A stretch of DNA of 64,000 nucleotides, from assembly GCF_964355755.1 (NCBI RefSeq), contig NC_092670.1, forward strand, positions 29,376,388 to 29,440,387, given 5' to 3'. The DNA comes from Antedon mediterranea. Lineage: Eukaryota; Animalia; Echinodermata. Below the pieces are notes generated by a model. It was not told the DNA's origin and ran no database searches. It saw only the letters and a list, made by a program, of their open reading frames with translations. Below are positions 13,639-27,789 of the stretch, piece by piece. A program made the position numbers and the translations under genes. Position 1 is the stretch's first letter, and each line of letters starts with the position of its first letter.

Positions 13639-16600
13639 CTGTAAACAAATATTGCGATAAATTAAAAATATGATGTTAATGAGAAAAATAATATGGTATA
13701 TTAAGAATAACATATACATTACTTCACACAAATAAATAAAAATATTATACAAGAAGTATAACAAATACTCGACACACAACAGTGGTTGGAAAGAAACTAT
13801 GTTTGTGTTTTTCTTTACAAAACTAAGTTTGGATTTTCATCTTCTAACCTCAGTCTGATTCTAAGTCTGTTAACTCCAATTTCAAACAAACTTTCAACCC
13901 ACAACAACAATTCGTTAATTTGAGAATGCTATTTAACCAGTACAGTACAGAGGCCCAAACTTGGAAAAATGAAATAATATTGGGAGATGTGTGCTGAGGG
14001 GAATAGAGAGATCGAGAAAGCTATAAAATTAAAAATATACAGTACACCCAAATATACAGGCCACTTTCATAACATCTGCAGGGGAGGTAAAGGCGACAAT
14101 GCATTTTCACTATATAGTAACAAACTAATACCTGTATACACTGAAAATAATAAAAGTTGGAAATCTACTGGTAATTAGAAATTGGTCCCGTTTCTGTGTC
14201 AAAACATTCACACATTATGTAACCATTAATTTAGTTCTTTGAAGTTGAAAAATGTTTTCTTTTTCCTGCTCATATGGCAAAGTAACTATCGTCATAGGAC
14301 AAGCCTTACCAACACTTTGTGGATTTGGTTCACTGGGTACATGCAATATAAATACAGTTGTTTACATTACCATTGGAACACTTGCAAACTGCAATACGTT
14401 TTTAACAACTGCTTCATTGCAGTGTAGTAATTCTTGAAAAAATGTATTGATAAATTCACTTCTTGGTCCAGTGAACTCACTTATGATCATTGATGAAAAT
14501 AACTGCAGTAATGAAGCTGAAAAAATAATGATACATTCCCACTTTTTTCCGGAAAAAATATATTCCAACAATCTGGACAAGAAGCAGGTAAAGGTATTTA
14601 TTCTGGTCCTCAGAGGTATTTTGATTAGGTCCTCCACGAACCGACGGCAGCCAGCAGTGCAGCGCCTACCAGATCAGCACACCGGGAGACGATCCCCTAC
14701 TCTTTTCGAATAGTGTACTAAGTTTTTACTAAGTTATTTTGTATCCTCATTGGACACAGGGGTGCAGAAAATTCATGATAAAATATATTGTATATAGAGA
14801 AATAGTATTAATTTGTCAAAACCAAATTGTGTACTCACGATTAATATTTCGTCGACTTCGTCAGTGTTGAGACTTCGTATTAATCGTGAGTACACAATTT
14901 GGTTTTGACAAATTAATGCTATTTCTCTGGATTTCAAACAAACCTGATGACCCTGCAAATAGGTATACCAACAGACAATAGGATTTTAACACAATTTTTG
15001 TTTTTTAAAACATGGCTTTTTAATCTATAATAATTTATCATACACAATTTCCTAGAAGAACATACCTATAGCTCGATTGATTGGATCCGTAAGCAAGTGG
15101 TTTATATTGGATACAATGAACTTTCCGCTTGACTGATTTCCTATCAGAAAATCATACACACACATTTACAACTTAAAGTATTTTTTAAATGTATGAGGAA
15201 AAAGATTATTGATTCTTCTATTATATAAGTTAATAGCTGACATTTTCACCATGTAATGGCATATTTTGCAAAGTGCAGTATGTGAGCATGCTTTTGAACT
15301 CTGTGTGTTGATAATAGGGACTTTACGAAACAGGACAGGCAGCCACAGCACGGTGCTTATGAATAATTTACACAAGCTTTAAGAAAGTGGCTGGAGCTTA
15401 GCATGACTTTTTGAGGATGATAAAGTTGCCATTTTCACATTTACAAAGAACGATTAGACATAATGTTCATATAACCTTAACTATACAGTTCAAATTACAC
15501 TTAAACGTGGAATTTTCAAAGCTCTAAATAATATTTGACCTTCTAATTTAATTGTTTAACGAAATAACATTTTATTGGGATAAATAAATTTAAGCTCTCT
15601 TTCAGACTTTGCATCTTATTATTCATTTATTGATAATCTATGTTAATATGTTGCATTGTGAAATAAATTGAATGAAAGTAATGTATATTGTAACAAAACA
15701 ATGATTGCAGATAAAAATGCATTTCTCACCTGATGGTTCTGGTGCATCTTCTTCTGGTGAACTTAGCAGACGGCGCAATTTTGAATTTGTCACCCTGCCA
15801 TCGTCTTTCAGACTACCTGCATCCTAAAATGCCACAGTAAATATTATTTTAGATTCCTATACTGAAAGGAGTAAATCACTTTTGGCATTATGTACATTAG
15901 AGGTCTTTTCAATTCCAGCAATTTGAATAGGTTTGAGTAACATCTTAATTCTTTCATAGGAAAAAGAAACTACTGTATTTATTCAAATAAACGCCCTGCT
16001 TTGAATAAAAGCCTCCATTAAATATAATTTGAACTAAACGCTCCGGGAACTTTATTTCTTCAAATAAACACCCCAAAAACATTTCCATATGTAGTAGATT
16101 TCAGTGATTGACATGATCTACAATTTACCAAGCATTTTGATATTAAAGGGGGGTTCCGGGTTTAAAATGAATAGTAAAAAATGTAAAATATATTTGTTTG
16201 TCTCTTGAACGGTAAAAGTTTCAATTTATATAAGCGCCCAGTGAAGCAGAACGAAGGCTGTGAAATCAGGCCAGATTACAAGTGCAGCTACGGCAAAATC
16301 ACACTGTGGTTACAAAATAGGAAATTCGTGAAATGGTCCATCTTCCGACGACTCGTTATCATAAACCATATCAATTACTTTTGTAAAATTATACTTATCT
16401 GATGTAATTTTAGTCGGTCTTCCCATTTATAAAGTAAATTTTGTATGAAAATTCATCAAAACAGTGAAAAATTAGATATGTTTGCACTTTACGTTTGCCG
16501 ATTTTCGCACCGACTTAGGGAAAAATCAAAATCAATGAAGCGTAACGTATACTGTACATTCCTGCTGAGGATCGAGCGAGACGAAAATACACGTGTTCTC

Positions 16601-19600
16601 TCTGCTGCCCGGCCCGGCCCATGCCTGGCATCGTCACGTGATAAGCAGATACAACAATACCAAACTGGTCGGGTCGAGTATACCCCGTCTATAATCACAA
16701 CATGAACGATGTACAGTATTTGATTGAAGGTCGACTTGACCTACCGGAATGGTATAGATAATATAGCTCGAATGAGAGAGTTGGAATATTTGTGTAGTGC
16801 AGCCTATAGTAAAAGGCCTGGTAGTATCAATTCGCATAGGGTCTACTACACTAGCTAGCTCAATTTTTAACTGGGCCGGATCAGCTAGGTCTCCTTCCTA
16901 CTACTACCTGGTCTACTTGCTTGATGCATGAGTATCCGCTTTTTTGGAGAGTAAACTAAGCCTATTTTATTTTAGGCCTACTTAGACGATCGGGACACCA
17001 TACGTGTGGACGGCGATCGGACCTTGTTTTGCTTCAATATTTACAGCCGATTTTGTAGAACGTTTTAGGTTTAGATTGTTTAGGAGTTTGGTTGATAGGA
17101 TGGGTTTTGTTATTTATGGGCCAATCGTCTAGTAGTAGGCTAGCTAGGCCCATGGGCCCCATTGTTTTAACGTAGCCATCGTGGCATGAAATCCCTAGTC
17201 AGAATGGCTCTCGCCCATATTATTATTAGGCTAGGCCTAGAGTAGTATTGTACGTGAAGCCGATAATACGATCTGTACTATAGAGGTATAAAAATAGTAT
17301 AATTTATGACTCCGTATCTGTACTAAATTTTGTATTTCATTAAATGTCAAATAAATATATGCTACTACTGTTATTATTACACTTTAGGCCTAGCTTAGAA
17401 AATCTACAAAAAATGTATTTCACAATGATCGGGTGGTCGTCGTTTGACAGGGGAGAGAGATGTAAATTAGTTGACAAACACAACGTACATGACGTCGCGA
17501 GTTTGGAATCCACTGGTGACGTGATTTTGTGAATATCTCATGAATATTAATGAGCTTCCCTAAGCTGCTGAAAAACAGACTTTCTATGAATTTACCCTAA
17601 ATGTATATGAAATTTAATTTTTTTAATTTCTCGTTATTACTTCTTCATTCTGACATGTCTATATTGTTATAATATTTTTTATTTAATAAATAAACGATAT
17701 TTAAAACCAATTTTAAACCCAGAATCCCCCTTTAATTGTGTTGTATTTCTTCATATCTAGGGAGTATCTATTTGATTACACACATGTTACCACATTACAC
17801 TAAAAAAATAAATGCCTTCTTCATATAAATTTGTTGGACATTTACTCAATTAAATACGGTATTACGAATACAATTGCTGATGCTATCATAACAGCATCTT
17901 AAATAACAAACCTCTTTCTCAAATTCACTTCTTGGTCTTTTAGTTCCTCTACCCTGCCTTTCTTCTTTGATTTTTAAATCTAAAAAAAAAAATTAAAAAA
18001 ATCACCTAATTGAAATACTATTACAATAGAAGAAAACGATTGCTCTATTCAAGCATACAACCTAAAGTATAACTAATGATTTTAGGTTTTAAAAAAAATA
18101 TTAAAAGTAAAAAAATTTAATGAGTTGCTTTATAAATAAAAATGAATTATCAATTAGAACAAATCATTATAAGCTTTATTGTTGTCTGGGAATGAAGTCA
18201 CTTGGATAATTAATCCAAATTTATGAGCATTTATAAATCAAATTATGGGCAATTTCACAGTAACCTAGGCCGTCAGTATTAACTGAGAAATAAGCAAATA
18301 GCTCTTCATCAGGTTGTATTTGTCTGATTTAGTTTGTAATTTTTGATAAAGCACCTGATGGGCAAACTACAACAATTTTTTTATTGAGCTACGATGAAAA
18401 CTTTTGTTACAGCGGCCAAAAATGTCATGTTTTTAGACAAAATTGAGTGTCTCATTGCAAAAAATCATTTTTATGAAATGCATTGTTGTTGTTTGTATGT
18501 ATATATATTTATATGAATTATGTACATTTAAATTGGTTGATCTACCCCTAAACGTATAAGGTATAAACAATGAGTGTGAAATGTATACATGTTTAACTTT
18601 TTTGTTGTTTTCATTATTGTAATTCTGTCCGTCCAAAATGTCCACTCCGACACGTTGGCTTATATCCAGAGCAAATAAGTAAGCAAGTCTACTGTTTTTC
18701 ATCTATATACAACACTAATAAGATTGACCATACATTAAAACTTAAATAATATATTTAACTGACAATTTGGCTGAATGCCGGGGAATCGAAATCTGTCCGT
18801 CCAAAAAAATGTCCACTCCGACACCTCATAAACTACCATTAATTTTTATGTTAATAATATAAAAAATTGAATTTTCATAGCAAAAATTATAAGCTGACAT
18901 ACTACAATTAATATAATGTACATATAATGTTTCTAAACCCAAGTAATTCACTGTAATGAACTCTAATATGGTGTTCACATAATGTCCACTCCGACACACA
19001 TATTTGATCAAAGTAAAATGGCTGATTTTTTAACAACTATGAGACAATGTTATTGTTATTTTATTTATATCTGTTTGTGTCATTGATATTTAAGTGAAAA
19101 TAATCTTGTTTAACTGTGTTATTAGTATTACTAACGAGCCACCGGCACCGTCTTCGAGGCGGTATTTTAGTCTCTCAGAAAATAATTTTAAACTAGTTGA
19201 AGCCACCATGGCAAAAGTTATGAATTCCTAATAATACTGGTTGTTATAGGTGATCAATTTAAGTATTTAATGCAAAAAAACACAAAAAAAATGTAACATC
19301 TTTAATATTGAAGTTTTTCATGTCCTGTTTAATATGTCCAAAAAATTTTCCACTCCGACACATATTAACAATCTTTGTTTTAACGACATCTTTTTATTTA
19401 AAGTAGGTACTGGTACCAAATATGACCACAGTAAATTTTATAATTGCCAACTGATGGTTTTATGGTGTTTGGCTATGATAATACCATTATTTTTTATATG
19501 GATACTCTGTACTAGTAATTAAATATTAGCCAAATAAGCAGTGGCTTTTGTGTTATGATAAAAAATATTGAGATGTTGATTTCCAAATTTTTCAATAAAA

Positions 19601-22600
19601 TTCTTCCAGTTACTAAATTCCTACTATTACTGTGAAAATGTCCGGATAGTTGTAGCTTTATAATATTATTTTTTATTAAATATAAACCTGTATGTTTCAA
19701 AATTAATTGAAAAATATGTAAAAAAAGGACTTTGAATTTTTTACCCTGCGAGACACTTGCGGCCTAGGTTACTGTGAAATTGCCCTTATATAGGTAATCT
19801 ATTTATCAAATAATTCACAAAAAAATCAAGTTAACAAGAAATTTCCTTTAGTTTTGGTTATGTTCATATCTATGGAATTATGTTTTTATACTCCAATTAA
19901 GGACACATTGCAATTAGCGTTTCAACAGCAAAGTGTTCAGAATCTTAGGACACTGTAACCATGGTTTGGTTAGTTTTTAGAAAACTTGGGAGATTTTTGT
20001 AACTGCAGTGTATGTACCTTTAGTTTTCATGCTATAAGTAATAGCAGAGGCAATTGTCCACACAACCACGCATGCTAGAGCATGTCCTCTGGGCCCAGAG
20101 ATATGTTTATTGTTGTTGGTGTCACTGATGAGAAGGGGGATAACTTTCTTAATCAGCATAGGACAGGTCTGCTCAATATTGATGTAGAACATTCCAAGCG
20201 CTATCTCAACTATAGTGGGGAAAAAAACATAAACGTACACATTTATTCAGATTGTAGTGAGTGGTATTATTTGAAGTTTAAATTGTAGGTTTGTGTACTC
20301 AAAAACAAAACATCTACAATTTAACAGGTTATAGGTTACTGTTTAAACACCAGGCTTAGAATAGGTGTATAAAGACTACTTGGTAGTACTTCTAATAAGA
20401 CAGGTAGTGTAAAAAGTTAAATAAACATAATGTATATGTGATAGTTCAATGTCACTGGAAGTTGATTCAAATTACGATGAACTATGTTATATATATAATA
20501 GAAACAATGTAACACCTGCAACAGTTACAGCAAGAAAAAAAACGCTACTCTTTTTACATAGTGTGAGGTATTCATCGTGCTATTTACATTTATCCATATG
20601 GGAGCACAGGTCCTGTTAAAGGCACACAAGAATCTTGGCCAAGGACAGAGTTGTGAGGGAGTATGGCTCAGTGTGTTGCACGTTGGACTACTAATCATGA
20701 GATCGTGGGTTTGAATCCAACGCATATCGCATTGCTTGTATCCTTAGGCAAGACATTTTCATTACGTTTGCCTCTCTGGTGTACAAATGGGTACCTAGTG
20801 AGGTCAAGACACAACTGTGCACTGATAACTGCATTATGGGAGTAATTCCAGGATATTAATATTATATATGACGTGTAGTACCATTAAATCATCTCATATA
20901 AGTAATGTATTATATAAGGAGGATAGGATAGCTGAGTGGTTAGGACACTTGACTGTCATACAGATAGACCCAGGTTCAATTCCCTACAACTCCCAGTCCA
21001 CTCAGCTGTAAATGAGTACCTGGTTGAAAATACAAGGGAGAAACTTGCCACCCAACCACATAATGCCAAGGCTTAGTACAATGAGCTCCTAACCGCCTAA
21101 ATATTGATTCATGTTATTATGTAATCAGGCCCGTATCCAGGGGGGGGGGGGGGGTGCGTTGGGTGCAGACGCACCCCCCCAAGTCCCAAAAGGTCCACTA
21201 TTTCCTCGGTTGGTATTTGTTCTTGTCTTGTTTAACTAAAGACAATATCATTATATATATACAAAATTGACATTATCAATGGTATACAAACAAAAATATG
21301 CTAATATAAAATGAAAAAATACCGGTAATTAAATTACGGAATCTGAACTGACTACAAACTGCTCGATGTAAAACATGCGCAGTCGATCATGTGACGACAA
21401 GAATAGCTTAGCGCTTCATGTATGCGGTACGCGGTAAAGTAACTTAACCGGCGGTAAAGACGTGTCTGGAAATACAGACACTATCGAATACGGCGCCACA
21501 AGGGAAGGCCAACTCAGACAGCGTCGTACGACGCTGTCTGAGTTGCAGTGTTGGCGCCAGCAGGGGGGGGGGGGGGGGAATATAATATACAGTAGCAGCT
21601 AGGTACGCACTTGTCTGGCGGTATCCCTTTGTACGAATCGTTCAACGTTGGGTCGAGACTCGTGATATCAAGTTTCATCCAGGGACCAAAATGTGTAATG
21701 TAGTTATTTTCCAGGCGAAGTTTACCGACGGTTACCGAAGGGAACACGTGTACTTTTTGTCGGGGAATATAATATACAGTAAAAAGCGTTCGCATTCACT
21801 TCGTAGCTAGCTTCAGCGCCTAGAAAACCGCGACGTTTCATTGACCGTGAGAGTACGTCAGAGTGATATTATGCACTTTATATGCATTCATTATTGCCAG
21901 CGATCTAACTTACTACTAAACAATAGCTAGGTACGCACTTGTCTGGCGGTATCCCTTTGTACGAATCGTTCAACGTTGGGTCGAGACGCGTGATATCAAG
22001 TTTCATCCAGGGACCAAAATGTGTAATGTGTTATTTTCCAGGCGAAGTTTACCGACGGTTACGTCGTGTACTGCGTCGACGTACGCTACACTACAGCAAA
22101 AACGAATTATGTTAATTGATCGTTTGTTCACCAATTTTTTAATTTACAAGTAACCTTCTGTACCGTGGGGCACCTAAAATAAATTTTTCATCCATTACTA
22201 AACAAAAAAACATTTTCGCTTAGCCAACATTATAGCTATAGTTATTACATTTTCAATATCCTGTATGTCATGAATTTCTCACCACTCGAAAGTCCAGATG
22301 GTACGCATGCATACACCTGGGAGGAATAAACTTATTTCCCCGACTGAAAAAGGTCTACGCTTGCGTTTTTTAAGCCTCTAGGCCTGATGTTTCCAAAGTA
22401 TAAAATGCAATTTTTTGAAGACCTGCAGCTCTAGTTTTAAACATTTTCTTAGCTCAGCCCCAACAATAAAGCTGGTCATATTTCGAAGAACAAGAAGTAC
22501 ATTTTCCGGGACCTAACATCTCTATTTTTCAAACATTTCTTAGCTCAGTCACAACCCATGATAGGGACTTATATATTTTTTTTCATGTTTTGAAGTATAA

Positions 22601-25600
22601 TAAGTCCAATTTCCGGGACCTCCAACTCTATTTTTCTAAATTTTCTTTGAACTTTTATTTTTTAAATTGAAAAATATGGATTGAAACAGTCATCGCGCAT
22701 CGATTTTTTGCACGCAGTATTTTATTTATGCATTATAAAAAATGGAAAAAATGGCTACCCTAAATCTGACCTCAAATGACGCTAGAACGCGTTGCTTCCG
22801 GGGGCTTCGCCCCCTGGACCCCCACCGGGGGCCCTTGGCGGCCCCCTGGCCCTCAGCCTAGTGATGCTCGCTTCGCTCGCATAGCCCCCTCGTCGGGGAA
22901 TGTAGCCCCCGCGTCGGGAAGATCCTGGCGCCACCCCTGCTGAGTTGGCCTCATCATGAAAGCGTTAAGTTCTGGTGTCCATCGTTCAACTAGCCCAAGC
23001 CACAACAGAGAGTCTTAAATCAGTCTTTAGAACGTCAAATAACGCAAATTTGACCGGGGGCCCTTGGCGGCCCCCTGGCCCCCAGCCATTGTTGCTCGCT
23101 TCGCTCGCACCCCCCCCATTATAAATGCTGCATACGGGCCTGGTAATATGGGCCGAAGGCCAAAATTACAAATAAAGAAAGAAAAAAAAAGATTCCCCTA
23201 CGTTCAGAGAACACAGGACTGATCACCTCACCTCATTATATAATATCAATAATAAACAATGAAATAATAATAATTACAATAGAAATCAAAAACCTACAAA
23301 CATTGGCAGACTTTCCTACCTGCAATCATTAAATCTGCTTTACTGTTAAATTTTAACACCTCATCAATAACTGCACGACAGAACGATTCGATCCCTAAAC
23401 AGCTCTGTAGTTGCTCAATGCCTGTAAATGTTGACTTGTTGATGAAGCCCTGATTCATAAGGCATTGAAAGATAAATGAAAGAGTTTCAATGGATGAGGC
23501 TGATGAATTTGTCTTCAAACCAAACTCAGGGTTGACCTCATGACCTCCCATTGACACGAGGGTCATCTTCTTGATCACATTGACTTTGATTGTATTTCTG
23601 AAAAGACATTTATTCCAAATTGAGGAGATAAATGCAATTTTTGAAGTACTAGATTCGTACTTTGTAGGAAAATATTTAATGACATTAACAAATTCATCAA
23701 ACTATTTAAAAATATGCTGCCCACAATATTTTATTTGGATAGATATCCACTTAATACAGCATCCCCATTTTCATTTACAATTTGAACAATTTACTCACAG
23801 TATACTATTTTATAAGTAATGTATTATATAAGGAGGATAGGATAGCCGAGTGGTTAGGACACTTGACTGTCATACAGTGATATCAACTGGGCCCTCTGGG
23901 AGATCAGTCTTTGACTGAAGAGGTCACCCAGTATAAAGATAAAACAAACAAACCATAGACCCAGGTTCAATTCCTAACAACTCCCAGTCCACTCAGCTGT
24001 AAATGAGTACCTGGTTGAAAATACTAGGGAGAAACTTGCCACCCAACCACATAATGCCAAGGCTTAGTACAATGAGCTCCTAACCGCCTAAATATTGATT
24101 CATGTTATTATGTAATATGGGCTGAAGGCCAAAATTACGAATAAAGAAAGAAAAAAAAAGATTCCCCTACGTTCAGAGAACACAGGACTCACCTCACCTA
24201 ATTATATAATATCAATAATAAACAATGGTTTTTTTATACAATAAGCTACATGCACATTGATGCCAAACAATTGTGCAAGCATCAAGGCACCAATTCGGAC
24301 TACAAACCTTTCTTTATCACGAGACGTGAATACGCTATCGACAGCGTTAGGACTCATAAACATCAACAGCATTTTGTTGGCCTTTTCCCTTTCAGAGTTT
24401 TGTAAGCCACGTATGTAGCTGCATAACCATGACACCACACACACTGACAAGCTGTGCAGTTTACTCTTCATGTTGTCTACTATTTTCTAAGAGAAGAAAG
24501 GAAAATATAAGTCTTCTTCCCTTATCAGGGAACATTGTACTAAACTAAAGCTTTGTCTACACAAACTTTATGTGACAAAAATTGTGAAGTACCCATAATA
24601 TGGACATGATGATGTTATATCACTACCATTATTTGGGAACATCACACTTTTTTTGTCAAACTAGTACGATAATGTAGACAGAGCTTAAGAATGCATGTAG
24701 GTTGTGATATGAAGTATTACACCTTCTTCTAATTGTTAACACCCTTTCAGTCCTGGTAAACCTTGCCAAAGTGTACTGTGTGGCCATGATTCTGCAGCCA
24801 AAAACTAACCGATAAAGTTTCTGTGGAAATTATGATCTCATTCAAATCAGATAATTATATGATAAATGCGATAATTTTTTACCTTCGACTTGAAAGACAT
24901 ATTGTTTGTTGTGATTGGGCACCTACTGTAATTGTTTGATAATTGTTTTAATTATCTTGTTGAAAAAAAATCAACCGATAATTTTTGTTATGTGGATCAT
25001 AGGATCGACTGACCAAACAAGCCAGTTATTTAATGTAAAAAAAATATTTAAACAATAGTGTGATGAAATAAATAAATAAAAATACATGATAAATAAATTC
25101 ATAAGATAAAACCAATATTAGCATTTGATTATTGCATTTCCTAGCCATTACACACAACCTAATTGACACGACACCATTCATAATAATCACAGGGACACTA
25201 CGCTATATGTGATAATGTGGGTGTTTACCTTAACATCTGATGTTGAAATAGTGTTGTGAATCCAAGCATTAAGGATTTCTTCCATAACCTGAGGAGCACA
25301 AGCACATGCTTCATGCCAACGAACAAGACTGCAAAGATTAATATATATAGTTTGTATGCATGTATTACAACACAAGTTATTTAGGTTAGGAATTTAATAG
25401 TTCACATTAAATAAATTTAGTTAATGAGATTTACGTCTGTATTCTTAAACCAATCTTTATTGGTAGTTTGAGTTAAACACTTTAAAAATGACGTCATTTT
25501 ATTATTCATTTAACCAAACATTCCCTTTCATTTGGAAGGCAGGCTAAATTGCTGACAAAATGTTATTTGAACAAGGTTTTTTAAAACTGATAAAATTGTC

Positions 25601-27739
25601 CTGATGCGTAAAAAGTGATATTAATGAGTAAAATTTTGCCTGTTCCTTTTACTGTCCAATATATAGCCTTTGTTTACCAGACGTCTGAAACTTGACCAAA
25701 AGCCTGAATTAAATTTACTGGCATATATATATAAATCCAAAGGCAAATTACTGAAAAAATGACAATGCTGTGGGTATCAGTGGCTGGATCTCAATGGAGA
25801 TACAAAATAAAAGCGAAAAGCTAAATCAAAACGAGAAGTAAAACATATATATATATATATATATATATATTCAGGTTGAAATTATCAGACCGTTAGGATA
25901 GAGTGCTCAATACCAAGGTAGAGCATAAATAAATAAATAAAATAACAGCAGAAAACTTGGTTACTTCATTGTTTTAATCACTACAAATTTGTTTCGTACG
26001 ACCAGCATGTAGCTGGTATATATAAATCCAAAGGCAAATTACTGAAAAAATGACAATGCTGTGGGTATCAGTGGCTGGATCTCAATGGAGATACAAAATA
26101 AAAGCAAAAAGCTAAATCAAAACGAGAAGTAAAACATATATATATATATATATATATATAAATCCAAAGGCAAATTACTGAAAAAATGACAATGCTGTGG
26201 GTATCAGTGGCTGGATCTCAATGGAGATACAAAAATAAAAAGCCAAAAGCTAAATCAAAACGATAAAGTAAACAGCCAGAAAAGTTAGCAGAGCTTTCGG
26301 GCAACACTAGCCCTTCATCAGTGCAAGTGAAGGAATTTGGATAACGTCATAGTATAAAGCTGGCAAGTGCTGCCTGGGTGGACAGGAATAAAGAAATATA
26401 ACAAAGGGAGCCAGGGTGGAGTCTGAATAAGAGTAGAAAACAAAGAAGGTAGCTTGGTAGAGATATAAACAATTTTGGAATGAGACTAAAAAACAGCTTA
26501 AATGGTGGTTAATATTGAAACTTAAATTTTGGTAGTCAATGGAATAATTTTACCGATCTGGGAGTATGTTCCTAATGTTAAGTCCAAAAGGTTTTGTGGT
26601 TTTAAGTAGTAATTCCCAGTGGTTTTCTTTGTCTTTGCGAGTTTTGTCGCTCCATTTGACATTGTGGTCTATTGCAATAACTCTGAAATTTGCAATCAAG
26701 TGACCAGCTGAATTAAAATATTCGGCTACAGGTTGATCAAGCTTTAATGTTTTGATGTTTTGATATATATATAAATCATACTGTAAATTATAGAAACAGT
26801 GCTCATATTCGGAACATGATCTCATAATCTCGTCGAGCATAGCTCATTGGCGAAAGTTCCGTATTTTTTAGTTGTATGAAAAAATGTCTCTGGCGGGATT
26901 CGAACCTGCAACCTCTCGCTTACAGGGCGAGTATCATACCACTAGACCACAGAGCCATGTATGGTATTATCACAGATTTTCACACCCACCAGATACATTC
27001 TCTCATACAACAAACGCCCTCACAATCAGTGGAGGCTTATATACTCGCCCTGTAAGCGAGAGGTTGCAGGTTCGAATCCCGCCAGAGACATTTTTTCATA
27101 CAACTAAAAAATACGGAACTTTCGCCAATGAGCTATGCTCGACGCGATTATGAGATCATGTTCCGAATATGAGCACTTTCTATAATTTACAGTATGATTT
27201 ATATATAATTTACACAGTGCTACGCAACATCATTGATTTATATATATATATATCGTCGTTGGGGCGACTTTTTCTCATTCTCACAGATTTCCTCATCTTT
27301 ATCGTTTCAAATTAATTAATTAAATTTCAGTATATCACCGGGCGGTTTAGAATTAATGTTCTTTGCCTGATTTGTTTATATATATAAAAGTATCTCTTCG
27401 GAGATCCCGCCTCGTGAATAAAAATACTGTAAGATGAGGGCGTATCAATTTGATCTCTGGTGCGCGTGCGTACAACTGAGGACTAGTGCTGTTCCGCCGT
27501 ATACCACGCCAAGAATGTTAAAGAGTCGCTATCCAATCGAGTTCAAACAATACCATGAAAGCCCCAGTGGTCTAATGGTTAGGACATCTGCATATCAAGT
27601 AGGCGGTCCGAGTTCGAGTCTCGGTTGGGGTGACTTTTTCTCATTCTCACAGATTTCCTCATCTTTATCGTTTCAAATTAATTAATTAAATTTCAGTATA
27701 TCACCGGGCGGTTTAGAATTAATGTTCTTTGCCTCTTGT

Positions 27740-27789
<50 letters not shown>

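Noticed and set aside
14590-14716. Conserved-domain SINE fragment (ccctactcttttcgaatagtg)
   Set aside because: Resembles a SINE central domain from memory, but it is too short and has no head or TSD to support a call
15250-15300. Alternative candidate for MED24 exon 19
   Set aside because: It has AG/GT ends but no similarity; 15066-15140 supplies the conserved DP.NR motif in the right phase
27475-27520. CTGAGGA as a third hammerhead core
   Set aside because: No stem II followed by GAAA downstream
26885-27632. Two tRNA cloverleafs as bona fide tRNA genes
   Set aside because: They are embedded in repeated (TA)n-bounded elements; one has C at position 33 plus stem mismatches and the other an atypical ATC anticodon. 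Reported as tRNA-like only.
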